Positions 47,501 to 56,197 of a stretch of 64,000 nt of DNA are shown here, one piece after another. Under the pieces are notes generated by a model. It was not told the origin of the DNA, did not search any database, and saw only the letters and a list, made by a program, of their open reading frames with translations. The position numbers and the translations under genes were made by a program. Every line of letters begins with the position of its first letter. Position 1 is the stretch's first letter. This DNA is from a virus, in the IMG/VR virus record IMGVR_UViG_3300037010_002844, positions 128,001 to 192,000 of that record; one strand, 5' to 3'.

Positions 47501-49088
47501 TGTGCGAGATCACACTATCGGTGGCAAAGTTCTTGTACCCGTCAACGGTGAGGTCGTAGAGAGGGATCTCACCGACATACTCAACGGAAACTACCTTACA
47601 GTTGTTGTAAGTCTCCTGAAAGTCACTAAACTTCTTGAAGCCATTCTGCGACAACCTGGAGATAATCGTGTTCTTGTTGGCGCCAAGCTTTTCGGCGAGA
47701 CGAGGCAACGTCACGCTGGGTGTATATGCATCACAGATCTGTTGGAACGTCAGTGAATTACCGTTCGAACCTCGTGGACGACCGCCCTTTCGGACGCTCT
47801 TAATCTGATTGACGGTCACTTCCTCGTCGTGATACCCCATTGTTGAACGCAACTCTGTCCACGACATCCGGGCGCGGCGGGCCAAAAACTTGTCAAGTAC
47901 GTTGACAGTGCAACCGAGCTTAATGCACAAAGAACGCTTCGTGTCACCAGCAGTCATCGAAGACTTCAATAGCTCGAGGCTCAAGTCCCGTGTCAGTAGA
48001 CCGGGTCGGTTGTTGATCATAGAATCAGCTTGACCGCCAGCATATGCCGCAACAAATTTATTGAACGTTGAGAATCCGTGGGTCGCCAATCGTTCATAGA
48101 TCAGGTTCCATGTGACATCAAGAGCATTTGCAATCGCCGGCATGCTGAAACCAACACGTTCAGCAGTCTCTAGGATTCGAGCAAAAGTCACATCCCTGCG
48201 AGCGCCAGGAGCATTGTCACGCATCCGAGCTGCATGGTTCTTCTTGAACTCTTCGATCCACTCACGGTTTTCGGGTGCCCACTTCACCCCGTTGTTGATC
48301 GCGGCGTGGTAACTGTCATGGGCAGACTTCGTCATGATCCTGAGATTTTCAGGACGATTATCAGTCTTAATGAAGTTGATGTGGTGGACAACCTCATCTT
48401 CGTTGAGCTGACGACCGGCAACCCACTCAGCGATCAGTTGGTGCTCTTTGGTCCAACCGCGGAACCTATCGTCCATCGTGTAGATCCACGAGTAGCCAAG
48501 GGTGCCTTCTTTGGCATCAGCAAAGATGTCTTTGCGGTAGAAGGGCATCATTGCATCGCCGGGTTTCAGGTCCTCAACACGACGGTATGTACCGTCACGA
48601 AGCATCAGTCGATGTTCCGGTGATGCAACAATCTCTTTTCCATTATCAAATTTGATCTTCCAGGCACTATCGACACAGGTCTGACGAGCCTGTTTACCGA
48701 ACGCCGGAACGATGCGCTTCAAATTGTGATCGTACGAATAGACAATGAAGATGTGATCCGGATTTTTCTCACACTCTTGCGCTAGCTCACCTATAGTCTT
48801 GAAACCATCTGAGGTTGCGATCTTAGTGTCAATCGCAAGTGAATACTCCATTTCTTGAAAGTCCTGATAGCGCATCAAGCGCTCGCTCAGGTTGTAGGCA
48901 TTTGCCGTGATGGTCGCGTAGGTCGGCGCCAGCGACTTCTGAAAGAGCAACGTGCCTGACGACTTAGTCTTGTCAGCGACCGCGATCGTCGTGTCGGCGG
49001 TGCGGATCTTCTTCTTGATGACAGGACCACTTCGAAACAGTCGCGTCAGTCGTCGGAAAAGGCTTTGAGGTGCTTCTTTTTTTGCCAT
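44577..49088 (-). CDS. portal protein (T4 gp20-like) interrupted by two intein-like insertions; long acidic Gly/Glu-rich C-terminal extension
   Basis: 1503 aa. It sits immediately upstream of the gp21-like protease, at the gp20 position. Two Hint domains carry HNH modules (see the mobile_element features). The extein segments total about 550 aa, plus a roughly 250-aa acidic tail (GGDGGGGGEDLFGGGDEGGGGEEPAGGEETPPEE...). Confidence 0.7.
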   Translation of the reverse strand: MAKKEAPQSLFRRLTRLFRSGPVIKKKIRTADTTIAVADKTKSSGTLLFQKSLAPTYATITANAYNLSERLMRYQDFQEMEYSLAIDTKIATSDGFKTIGELAQECEKNPDHIFIVYSYDHNLKRIVPAFGKQARQTCVDSAWKIKFDNGKEIVASPEHRLMLRDGTYRRVEDLKPGDAMMPFYRKDIFADAKEGTLGYSWIYTMDDRFRGWTKEHQLIAEWVAGRQLNEDEVVHHINFIKTDNRPENLRIMTKSAHDSYHAAINNGVKWAPENREWIEEFKKNHAARMRDNAPGARRDVTFARILETAERVGFSMPAIANALDVTWNLIYERLATHGFSTFNKFVAAYAGGQADSMINNRPGLLTRDLSLELLKSSMTAGDTKRSLCIKLGCTVNVLDKFLARRARMSWTELRSTMGYHDEEVTVNQIKSVRKGGRPRGSNGNSLTFQQICDAYTPSVTLPRLAEKLGANKNTIISRLSQNGFKKFSDFQETYNNCKVVSVEYVGEIPLYDLTVDGYKNFATDSVISHNTPEIAAALDIYADETCAQDEKGRVLHIYSDNEKIREVLEDLFYNTLNTEFNLRSWARNLVKYGDFFLYNDVSPTYGVVSAFPIPVNEIEREENYDRDDPFAVRYRWVTLGNRVLENWEITHFRLLGNDMFLPYGSSIIEPARRIWRQLILIEDAMLVYRVVRAPERRVFYIDVANVPAQDVPLYVEEQRKNLRTNQVIDRSSGRVDLRYNPLCFAANVQIPLLDGRMLRIDELVKEWNEGRRDHETYSLDLEAGGRLVPGKVIWAGKSGTTKQFVRVTLDDGGVINVTPEHRMMLRDGSHVKAKDLRSGDSLMPLHVTYAPMSGAEVSEVDKHCYEKVLDPSFGTRIFTHELIAAHAFGLEVYRNGHISQQGKTIHHVNFDKLNNSTGNLQLITNAEHYVKRSEAMSTMWADPERRERARQNMRYVWSPECQVYVINVIRSLRRFEGLDAFLRRLKSDVTFMKLYAATNAHLAHDLAKSLHKNVVGKFIIADYLNWKAVWAAHHPAALGRQYVNNVDTGVVASDGANNHVVISVELIDTTEDVYSVTVDRWHNLAVGGENAAKGAQSPHGGGGGVGLIFAFQSVDEDYFIPVRGQESGTRIETLAGGQNTAAVEDVAYIQKKLFAALKIPRAYLGYDEMLSSKATLAQEDIRFSRTIAVIQKTILAELNKLAIIHLYAHGYDGDDLQNFTLHLSNPSTVAQQQKLELWRAKFEIGGSAPEGFIDKDFVRKEIWGLNDQECKQIDKNRMKDKVVDAAIESGAGAGGDGGGGGEDLFGGGDEGGGGEEPAGGEETPPEENAGEEPEEETTPGVQLLTSADDNDDDETFGLRVGAMKDVEIPVKAQKQLDRVLYNRSRHLTHGPSKTHMPDFRKMTSTDNRAMEDPYDTDFLKSVVSDPFGESVARQQRLPGDVVAALLSWEKKFPGERGSKNGLIKEDQEINIEIDESIEPGLTGSAINEGDVLIIDDDNEDDES
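45801..46862 (-). mobile_element. intein 2 in portal gene (HNH type), C-terminal junction uncertain
   Basis: Begins CFAANVQIPLLDG (block A) with block B VINVTPEHRMMLRDG. The HNH module is HHVNFDKLNNSTGNLQLITNAEHY. Block G-like VYSVTVDRWHNLAVGG is present. No canonical terminal HN+(C/S/T) was found, so the end is placed approximately (residue 1083-1096 of the ORF). Confidence 0.5.
47499..48842 (-). mobile_element. intein 1 in portal gene (about 448 aa, HNH homing endonuclease type)
   Basis: Begins SLAIDTKI (block A with a Ser1 nucleophile) and has block B VASPEHRLMLRDG. The HNH module is HHINFIKTDNRPENLRIMTKSAHDSYH. Blocks F/G read VEYVGEIPLYDLTVDGYKNFATDSVISHN, followed by extein +1 Thr. Confidence 0.65.
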
Positions 49089-49165
49089 GATGTTCGCCCG
49101 ACTATTTCAGTCGCGGCTCAGGGTTAATAGTAAGGTTCACTGCTGCAGCGTATACGGTAGCGTGA

Positions 49166-49477
49166 TCAAACGTCCCCTTCACCCTTCACGGGCTTCAAAG
49201 AAACCTTCTTTGGTTCGACCTTCTTCTTCTCGACGTAGGATCCAGGCGTACTTACCATGTCCTCGAGAATCTTTTCCATCTGTGCAAGATGAGGCGTCAG
49301 CGCATTGATCATCGGCCCGTTGGCTGACTTCTGAAATACCTCGACCGCCGCCAACAGCTTGGAGGCGCCATTGACGACTTCACGAATTGATGCATGGTCG
49401 ACGGCCTCGTTGACCGAGGAAGACAGTTCCTCAGCAATGATCTTCCGAAGACGTGGTAGGGTAATCTTGTTGCTCAT
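49166..49477 (-). CDS. small protein, N-terminal motif family member (MSNKITLPRLRKIIAEEL)
   Basis: 103 aa. It has the conserved upstream element CAATACTTACAC and an AGAAGGT RBS. It lies between the terminase and portal genes. Confidence 0.55.
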   Translation of the reverse strand: MSNKITLPRLRKIIAEELSSSVNEAVDHASIREVVNGASKLLAAVEVFQKSANGPMINALTPHLAQMEKILEDMVSTPGSYVEKKKVEPKKVSLKPVKGEGDV

Positions 49478-49497
49478 CGCGAGACCTTCTCTGCAGT

Positions 49498-49505
49498 GTA
49501 AGTAT
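49498..49505 (-). promoter_or_regulatory. conserved upstream element AATACTTAC (gene orientation)
   Basis: Plus-strand gtaagtat, about 21-28 nt upstream of the ATG at 49477. Confidence 0.4.
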
Positions 49506-49517
49506 TGGTGACCAGCG

Positions 49518-51146
49518 TCACCGTAGCAACCAGCTAAAATCGCTCACGTCAGCATTCTTGATCTGCGATGGATCGCGGGGCTTGTGAACGTTGTAAGGAT
49601 TAACGCCCCTGATGTTAGGATTGATCAGCGGCTGTGCTGACTGAATGTCACCTGGCATCTGCGCTGAGTCCCTGCGCGCGACCTGCGTGGCCTTCAACAT
49701 GGCCATCGCCATCTCATGAGCCTGTTCATTGACTCCTGAACCGCCGTTGGTCAGCCAAATGCCAATCGCTAGACTCATAATCAAGTCGTCATGACTGTCA
49801 CGGGTGGCCTGAGCCTTGGACCCCTGCCAGATGAAGGCCTGCATCTGATCGTAGAAGCGTTGCGAGTAGATTTTGACAATCTTGTTGCGGATGATCTCCT
49901 CGAGCTTCGCCAGGATCTGCGGACGAGTGTTACCTTGCGTCTCAAAGCCAGGAATTGCCTCTGGGTCGCTCGAGATGTACTCGAACATGTCGCCTGTCAT
50001 ATTGCGATAATACAGACGCTTGTAGCCGATGTCTCTGAGTCTGACAGCCGTCATGTAGCCAAAATTGTTACGCTCTGGGCACAGCAAGGCAGTGTTATAC
50101 TTCTTGCCGTAGTCAGCTAGAAGGTCGGCCAACTTGTCAGGCGGAATCTTGCCCATGTATTCTGCGACGACTTCACAATCATTTACGTCAATGACGTGCA
50201 TCGTCGAATAGTCGGCAGCGTCTCCACGGGCCACGTCAGATGAAATAACATACTTCTTGCCCGGCTCAGGATCAGACCAGATCCAGACAGCATTCTGCGG
50301 TCCTTCTTTGCGAATCGGACTGTCGATCATGCTCCTGAGATAGTCCATCTCCGTGGGTTGCAGGAATGTGTCACCTGACGAGATGAAGTCGCAAAGGAAC
50401 TCCTGGGCAACTTTTCGCTTTGGCAGGTTCTTGGTTTCCTTGTCAAACCATGCCTGATCGTGCTCGGGATGAACGTGCCATGGAAGATTGATAGTGTTGA
50501 ACTCATTGACCTGTGCTATTGCGTCGGTCCACAACTTGTAGTACATGCCGCCGACGCCGTTAGGCGTGGAAATAATGATCGCAGAACCGCCCGTGGAGAT
50601 AGTCGGATAGAGACCGGTCCAGATCTCTTCAAAGTCTCTGATGAATGCGGCCTCATCGACGATGAGAAGTGACAAGGCCTCCGAACGACCAGCGTCTGGT
50701 GAGGTCGGTACGGCCGCGATGACTGACCCATTGGCAAACGTGATCTGTTGCTTGGTCGATTCGAACTTGGTGAGGAGCAACCACTTGGGCAGGCCGTCAA
50801 GGATTGTCTTCACCTTCTTGATGAAGTTCATGGCGGTCTGCAACTTGGTAGCGATGACCAGGACGTTCTTGTCCTTCTTGAAGATCGCGTACCAGACGGC
50901 GTAGGCCGCGGTGACGGTTGACAGGCCCAGCTGACGTGACTTCAGGACGATGTTGAAGCGATTCTCTTCAAATGCCTTGATGCAGTCATCCTGAAAGTAG
51001 TAGGTGTCGAACGGGATCAGGCCCCTCTTGGGGTGCTGGATCTTCGCATAGTTCTTCATGAAGTAGACGGCGTTTTTGCCGCACTTCAGAATCTCGCGGA
51101 CCTGTTCTTCTCTACCGAGCGGACCGTTGGACGTGGCAATTGACAT
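49518..51146 (-). CDS. terminase large subunit (T4 gp17-like)
   Basis: ENRFNIVLKSRQLGLST vs gp17 NRFNACNLSRQLGKTT (Walker A region). LLIVDEAAFI (Walker B) vs gp17 IYIEDCAFI. IIISTPNG vs gp17 IITTTPNG. The Walker A is the deviant type with an N-terminal Lys (KSRQLGLST), lacking the canonical GK(T/S) Lys. Confidence 0.9.
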   Translation of the reverse strand: MSIATSNGPLGREEQVREILKCGKNAVYFMKNYAKIQHPKRGLIPFDTYYFQDDCIKAFEENRFNIVLKSRQLGLSTVTAAYAVWYAIFKKDKNVLVIATKLQTAMNFIKKVKTILDGLPKWLLLTKFESTKQQITFANGSVIAAVPTSPDAGRSEALSLLIVDEAAFIRDFEEIWTGLYPTISTGGSAIIISTPNGVGGMYYKLWTDAIAQVNEFNTINLPWHVHPEHDQAWFDKETKNLPKRKVAQEFLCDFISSGDTFLQPTEMDYLRSMIDSPIRKEGPQNAVWIWSDPEPGKKYVISSDVARGDAADYSTMHVIDVNDCEVVAEYMGKIPPDKLADLLADYGKKYNTALLCPERNNFGYMTAVRLRDIGYKRLYYRNMTGDMFEYISSDPEAIPGFETQGNTRPQILAKLEEIIRNKIVKIYSQRFYDQMQAFIWQGSKAQATRDSHDDLIMSLAIGIWLTNGGSGVNEQAHEMAMAMLKATQVARRDSAQMPGDIQSAQPLINPNIRGVNPYNVHKPRDPSQIKNADVSDFSWLLR

Positions 51147-51529
51147 CAGCTGAGCTCAAACACTGTCTTGCGGCGGTAATAAGCAGTGCGCTTTGGATTG
51201 TGAATGCCGAAGTTGATGACCTCGACTGAATCATCGGAGGCTCCCTCAGAAGTCTTCAGGGCCTTGCCAGCGAGTTCCTTGTACGTGGCCTTCACCTTCT
51301 TCATGACGGCGCTGATGATGGCTTGCGACTCCTCAGAGTAACGCCTCTTCATCAGGATCATTTCCTTCTCCGTGCCAAAGTTGACAACTGCGGCGTAAGA
51401 GGCGATGATGCGATTACCGTGCAGGGTAAACTTCACAGAGTAACCTGCCGTATTGGGCGTTGATGAACGGCCCCATGAGGTGTCGATTGCCTGACCCAAG
51501 GCATTGAAGTCGATTTTCACGTCTGCCAT
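51146..51529 (-). CDS. hypothetical protein (small terminase subunit candidate by position only)
   Basis: 127 aa. Its stop overlaps the large terminase start (TGATG), and the conserved upstream element TATACTTAG lies at 51547..51554. No similarity to gp16 was recognised. Confidence 0.25.
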   Translation of the reverse strand: MADVKIDFNALGQAIDTSWGRSSTPNTAGYSVKFTLHGNRIIASYAAVVNFGTEKEMILMKRRYSEESQAIISAVMKKVKATYKELAGKALKTSEGASDDSVEVINFGIHNPKRTAYYRRKTVFELS

Positions 51530-51561
51530 GTCCCGTTGCTCCTGGCCTAAGTATAGGGCGC

Positions 51562-51864
51562 TCAGTCGATCTCGAGGTCGACGACCAACGGAGGCCTACC
51601 TGCGACCTCAGCATCCAACGCGGCGCGTTCGGGTCGCCAGCCAGCAGCCCATTCCTTGCGCCTCGGGGCAGCCCAAGCCAAGGCGCAACGATTGCAGCAG
51701 GCAAATTCATGCCACGCTGCCTCATCGTCTTGCGTTCTCATCACCGTCCCACAGACAGCACAGGACAGCGGCACGCTCGGGGAGGCCTCACACGGAACGA
51801 TAACGCAGTAACCGCCCGGTCTCCGAGAGATCAGACGGTCACGTAGGTACGGTTGACGATCCAC
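51562..51864 (-). CDS. hypothetical Cys-rich (zinc-finger-like) protein
   Basis: CAVCGTV ... CCNRCALAW Cys pairs. 100 aa. Confidence 0.3.
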   Translation of the reverse strand: MDRQPYLRDRLISRRPGGYCVIVPCEASPSVPLSCAVCGTVMRTQDDEAAWHEFACCNRCALAWAAPRRKEWAAGWRPERAALDAEVAGRPPLVVDLEID

Positions 51865-51878
51865 CGAGCGATCTTACA

Positions 51879-54464
51879 TCACTCGTAGACTACCTTGGTG
51901 TCCTTTTCATTCTTGGTGATCTCAAGAACGGTGTCGGCAGAATCCTTGACGCCATCAACGTGAGTGATAATCATGACCGTTCTGAAGTGGCGCTTCAACG
52001 AAGACAACAAACGATTGCAAGCCTCGACGCCAGCGTCGTCCAGTGCACCAAAGCCCTCATCCAGGATGAACATGTCAGTCTTGGGCAGCGACGAGACGTT
52101 GATCAGCGCCACACGGATGGCGATCGAGCTGATCATCTTCTCCATGCCTGAACCCAACTCAACGATTCGCCGTGAGTCGCCGTAGTTGATGTAGACGTCC
52201 ATCCAGTCAGACTCTGGGTCAACCTCGAGTTCTACCGTGAAGTCAACAATGCCAGTCAAGATCTTGGCGATCTCTGCGTTGATGACCGGCAACTGCGATG
52301 TCACGATTACGCTCGGGATTCCCTTTCGTGAAAAGGCGTTGGCAACGAGCTCATAGACCTTCATGCCCTGCAAGAGGGTCTCGCGGTTCTTCTTCTCATT
52401 CAATGCTTTTTCTGCGTCCGAAATAAGCTTACCTTTGTCGGCGGCGGCTGTCATCTTCTCCCCGTCGAGCCTCGCAATGACCGCCGTGAGTTCATCAATT
52501 TCAGTGCGGAGGGAAACCACCTCTGCATTTTCGTCATTTTTCAGAGCCTCTTCTAGTTCATCCAGCTTGGCCTTAGAAATCTCAAGACTGGAGATCTGGG
52601 TCTCTTGCTGCGTCTCGAGCTTCACCAGTTCGATTTGCTTGTTTGATAGCTCGACCTTCAACCGCGAGTGAAGCTCATGCAACTTCTGAATCTTCTCGAC
52701 TTTGTCTCGAATGTTTTCCGTCTTCAGTTCGTCCAACGAGACGGCGGCTCGGTCAAGCTTCTCCAAGGCGCGACCAGTCTTGTCACGTTGCGATTCGATC
52801 TTGCCTTTGACAAAGTGTGCATCCTTGATGAACTTGCAGGTTGGGAACTTGTCGCCACACGGGACGTCATCAAGGATCTTCAGGGAACGCTCCTGTTGCT
52901 TCAACAGAGCGGCTTCCTTCTCGTGAGAGTGCTTCAACGATACGACAGTCGACTCAAGGGCGTTGAACGCCTTCAGGCGCTTCTTCAACTCTTCGATGTC
53001 GTGTTCTTCCTTGAGGGTGTCGATCGTCGACACCTTGCCTTCAATCTTGCCGATCTCCACGCGGAGGTCGACGATCTTGGCGGCAACAGACGCCACCTGA
53101 CGCTCCAGAGTGATGACCTTGTTACGTTGCGATTCGACCTGCGACTTGCTAACTGGTGTGAAGTCACTGTGACGAGCGAGCTGAGCACGAACCTCAGCTA
53201 GACGCTCTGCGGCCTCCTGCTCCTTGTACGTCTTGTCGTCGATGGCTGCCGACAACTTTTCGAGCTTTGACTTCAGGTCAGTGGCAACCTGATTCCAATC
53301 CTTGTCGGGATAGGCACGCAGCTGTGCCTTAGCGTTGTTGACATCCTTGTTGGCTAGGTCGTACATCCTGTCAAAGACGTCGAGGTCGAGGAACCGCGAC
53401 AAGATCTGCCGGCGGCGCGAGGAACCCTGCTGAATGAACTGATTGATCTCACCTTGTGCCGAAAGCGAGGTCAACAAGAAGTCGTCTTGGCTGCCGATGA
53501 GGTTTCTGATGACCTTTTCGGTGTCATTTCGCTGTTCACCCGCTAGGTCGATAACGTCGCCAGATTCTGTGACACGGTACGCATTCAATGAAGTGACTGC
53601 GTGAACAATGCCTCTCCGAGCATTCTCGTGTTTGACAGTCTGACGCTCGAAGACGTAATCGGTGCCTCCAACGTTGACGATGGCACGAGTGTAGCAGTAG
53701 GGCTTGCGAGCGTTGATGACGTGCAGGTTCTTGATCGAACCGCGGTCAGTACTGTTGAACAGCGAGTACATGATCGAGCCGACGATTGACGACTTGCCGG
53801 CGCGGTTCTGACCGAAGATGCCAACGATGCCCTCGAGCCCGTCAAAGTTGATGTGATTGCCCTCGCCGTAGGCAAAGACATTGTCAAACTTCAAGTCACG
53901 GAGAGACCACTTCGTGTTCCGCGGAGCCTCCTCCATGCCAGTAACAGCGGCGAGGTATGTCTTGACCTGCTCACCGACGCGGGTCCAGACTTCATCCGGG
54001 TAGTTTGAGTCTACGTGGTAGTTGCGAATCAGGCCCATCAGGATGTCAGGATTGCGTAGGTCCGCTCGGGCCAGCGTCTGAGTGCCAGCCGTTAGCGTTT
54101 CCTTGTTGATGTGCTGGTCAACTTTGAAGGTGACTTCCGTCGCATTCATCGTCTGCTTCAGCATCGATGTCAACGACTGGACTTCTTGTTGCGCGACGTG
54201 CGTGCGACTCTTGATCCTAAACCGTGAACCATGAGGATATGTGCTAGCAACCTCGAACGTCTTCTTGACGTCACCTTCCCAGTCGACGGTAACAAAAGGC
54301 TTCGGGTTGGGCAGCTGCCTGAAATCCACGCTAAAGCTGTTACGATCCTTGATCGACCAGCTCAAGTACCCGTGTACCAGGTCTTCCGCGTAGTTCTGCT
54401 GGACTGTCGAACCCGGGTATGCAATCCAACCCTGGTTAACCTTGATACGAACTTTCTTGCTCAT
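51879..54464 (-). CDS. SbcC/Rad50-like recombination ATPase (T4 gp46-like) with about 180-aa N-terminal extension resembling the SbcD/Mre11 capping region
   Basis: Walker A FGQNRAGKSSIVGSI sits at about residue 225. There are long coiled-coil repeats and C-terminal FILDEGFGALD (signature/Walker B-D-loop). N-terminal IAYPGSTVQQNYAED resembles SbcD VRYCGSPIPLSFDE. Confidence 0.8.
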   Translation of the reverse strand: MSKKVRIKVNQGWIAYPGSTVQQNYAEDLVHGYLSWSIKDRNSFSVDFRQLPNPKPFVTVDWEGDVKKTFEVASTYPHGSRFRIKSRTHVAQQEVQSLTSMLKQTMNATEVTFKVDQHINKETLTAGTQTLARADLRNPDILMGLIRNYHVDSNYPDEVWTRVGEQVKTYLAAVTGMEEAPRNTKWSLRDLKFDNVFAYGEGNHINFDGLEGIVGIFGQNRAGKSSIVGSIMYSLFNSTDRGSIKNLHVINARKPYCYTRAIVNVGGTDYVFERQTVKHENARRGIVHAVTSLNAYRVTESGDVIDLAGEQRNDTEKVIRNLIGSQDDFLLTSLSAQGEINQFIQQGSSRRRQILSRFLDLDVFDRMYDLANKDVNNAKAQLRAYPDKDWNQVATDLKSKLEKLSAAIDDKTYKEQEAAERLAEVRAQLARHSDFTPVSKSQVESQRNKVITLERQVASVAAKIVDLRVEIGKIEGKVSTIDTLKEEHDIEELKKRLKAFNALESTVVSLKHSHEKEAALLKQQERSLKILDDVPCGDKFPTCKFIKDAHFVKGKIESQRDKTGRALEKLDRAAVSLDELKTENIRDKVEKIQKLHELHSRLKVELSNKQIELVKLETQQETQISSLEISKAKLDELEEALKNDENAEVVSLRTEIDELTAVIARLDGEKMTAAADKGKLISDAEKALNEKKNRETLLQGMKVYELVANAFSRKGIPSVIVTSQLPVINAEIAKILTGIVDFTVELEVDPESDWMDVYINYGDSRRIVELGSGMEKMISSIAIRVALINVSSLPKTDMFILDEGFGALDDAGVEACNRLLSSLKRHFRTVMIITHVDGVKDSADTVLEITKNEKDTKVVYE

Positions 54465-55114
54465 GCGTCTCCGAGGACGGTGGCGCCTGGGTATTTGTCG
54501 AGGTCGCCTTCATCGATCACAAGTTCAACTTCACGAGAGCGAAGGAACTGCAACTTATGGATGTCGCCCAGGAGGGCAAAATCATAATCTTTGAAAAAGT
54601 CAAGATTGAGACCTTCCTCGATCAACCAATCGGTCTCCGTCCGCGCACCGTACACCGGTCCGTGATAACACGCAATGTTGATCTTACCGGGTAGCGGTTT
54701 GACTGCTGCCCAACCTTCAACATCAAAGAGGCTGTAGATGCACCAAACGTAACCCGGTGAGAACTCATAGCAACCGCTCTGCTTGTAGAGATGAATCATC
54801 GGGTCCTTCAATGCCTCGACGATGGGAGTGACAGCATCCTGTCGCGAGAGGTTGACAAGGTTCCCGTCATGATTTCCGAGCGTCAAGTGAACCTCGGCGA
54901 CCGATGACATTGACTTGAGCCACCTCGTCAACTCATCGATGTACTCTGGGCTAAGGCCCGTCGTCTTGGTATGGAAGATGTCGCCACCGACAAAGATGTG
55001 CTCGATCCCCTGATCCTTGACGTCCTTGACAAAGGCATCAAAGACCTCACGGTACTCATCGTGCCGCGAAAGGCCTCGCCAGTGCACGTCTGCAATATGT
55101 GCTATCTTGAGCAT
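54461..55114 (-). CDS. SbcD/Mre11-like phosphoesterase (T4 gp47-like), nuclease domain only
   Basis: Calcineurin-like motifs DVH, GGDIFH, GNHD, YHGPV and LLGDIHK are present. Only 217 aa vs about 340-400 aa for SbcD/gp47. A 4-nt ATGA overlap joins it to the downstream ORF. Confidence 0.75.
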   Translation of the reverse strand: MLKIAHIADVHWRGLSRHDEYREVFDAFVKDVKDQGIEHIFVGGDIFHTKTTGLSPEYIDELTRWLKSMSSVAEVHLTLGNHDGNLVNLSRQDAVTPIVEALKDPMIHLYKQSGCYEFSPGYVWCIYSLFDVEGWAAVKPLPGKINIACYHGPVYGARTETDWLIEEGLNLDFFKDYDFALLGDIHKLQFLRSREVELVIDEGDLDKYPGATVLGDA

Positions 55115-55174
55115 GTGCCCTATCCAGAGGGTATAATTGAGCGCCCTGCCTGTACAAATACAATGGCGCTAACA

Positions 55175-56173
55175 TCACATTCTGATACGTAGGGGCACAT
55201 TGGTCGCTCGTGACAGGCGATCGAAGAATGAACTCGACCAGGTCGGTTCCTTCGCAGCCTCGACGGCAGCCTTGAACTGTTGCTTCGTCATCTTGCCTGG
55301 GTCGCCCCACTCACGGACATCGACCAGTGCCACGTCAACTGCGTATTCTTGCAACTTCTTGGCGATCCTGGGCGCCTTCGTCGCCCACATGTCACCGTCC
55401 AACGCTAGGGCAATGGGCGTACAATTAGCGATGATCTGAGAAAACAATCGTGACTCTTCGTTGAGGTCTGAGCCCAACAAAGGCACTGCGTTCTCACCAC
55501 ACTTCATCAGATCGAATGGCCCCTCGCAGATCACCAGACGACGCTTCCAGTCAATGTTGATCTCGTTGAATACGATGGATAGCTTGTCGTCCTCGGGATT
55601 GTCGTACTTCGGGCGCTTGTCCCACTCATCGACGCTACGACCCACGTAGAAGTTCAACTTGCCTTCCCAATCAAATGAAGGCATGATGACGCGGCGGCGC
55701 CAACGATGTTCACCTGAGACGCCAAGCTTGAAGTACCACGCGTCTCTACGAGTGACGTTCCTTTTCTTTAGGTAGGTCCAGGCCGCGAGGACGTCTGGAT
55801 CTGATAGCGACGCCAACGTCAGCAGCCTGAAGTCCTTGGGCAGCTCGAGAGGCTTTTTGTCGTTGTCGACGTCAATGTACCTGAGACGAGCGCGAACATC
55901 CTCAGGCATGAACTCATCGCGGTAGCGATTGAGTTGCGCCTGCGTTCCGTACTTCTTGATCAGGGGTGCCAGCGTGTGGGCCTTCCATCCGCACGACCAG
56001 CAGTGATTCACGTCATCTTCTACACGGATGACCAGCTTGCGCTTACTCGAATCCTTGTGCGAGTGACACGTGGGAATCGGACAGCGCACCCCGAAGTTCT
56101 TGCCGTTTGCAGCAAGGTGTCCCTTCCCAAATACGCTCTCGTAGAACTTACATTTCTCAGAGAGGCTCTGCAC
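55175..56173 (-). CDS. DNA primase (DnaG/T4 gp61-like)
   Basis: N-terminal zinc ribbon CPIPTCHSH ... HCWSCGW. TOPRIM motifs ICEGPFD (E..D) and ALDGDMWA (DxD). Confidence 0.8.
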   Translation of the reverse strand: MQSLSEKCKFYESVFGKGHLAANGKNFGVRCPIPTCHSHKDSSKRKLVIRVEDDVNHCWSCGWKAHTLAPLIKKYGTQAQLNRYRDEFMPEDVRARLRYIDVDNDKKPLELPKDFRLLTLASLSDPDVLAAWTYLKKRNVTRRDAWYFKLGVSGEHRWRRRVIMPSFDWEGKLNFYVGRSVDEWDKRPKYDNPEDDKLSIVFNEINIDWKRRLVICEGPFDLMKCGENAVPLLGSDLNEESRLFSQIIANCTPIALALDGDMWATKAPRIAKKLQEYAVDVALVDVREWGDPGKMTKQQFKAAVEAAKEPTWSSSFFDRLSRATNVPLRIRM

Positions 56174-56197
56174 GCTTACATTGTCCCGCTCAGGACC

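Noticed and set aside
53934-53936. Internal Met (MEEAPRNTKWSL...) as the true SbcC start, leaving the upstream 176 codons untranslated
   Set aside because: No Shine-Dalgarno-like sequence precedes it (...CTGTTACTGGC ATG). The upstream in-frame segment has protein-like, SbcD capping-domain-like sequence. The fused ORF is favoured but flagged for verification.
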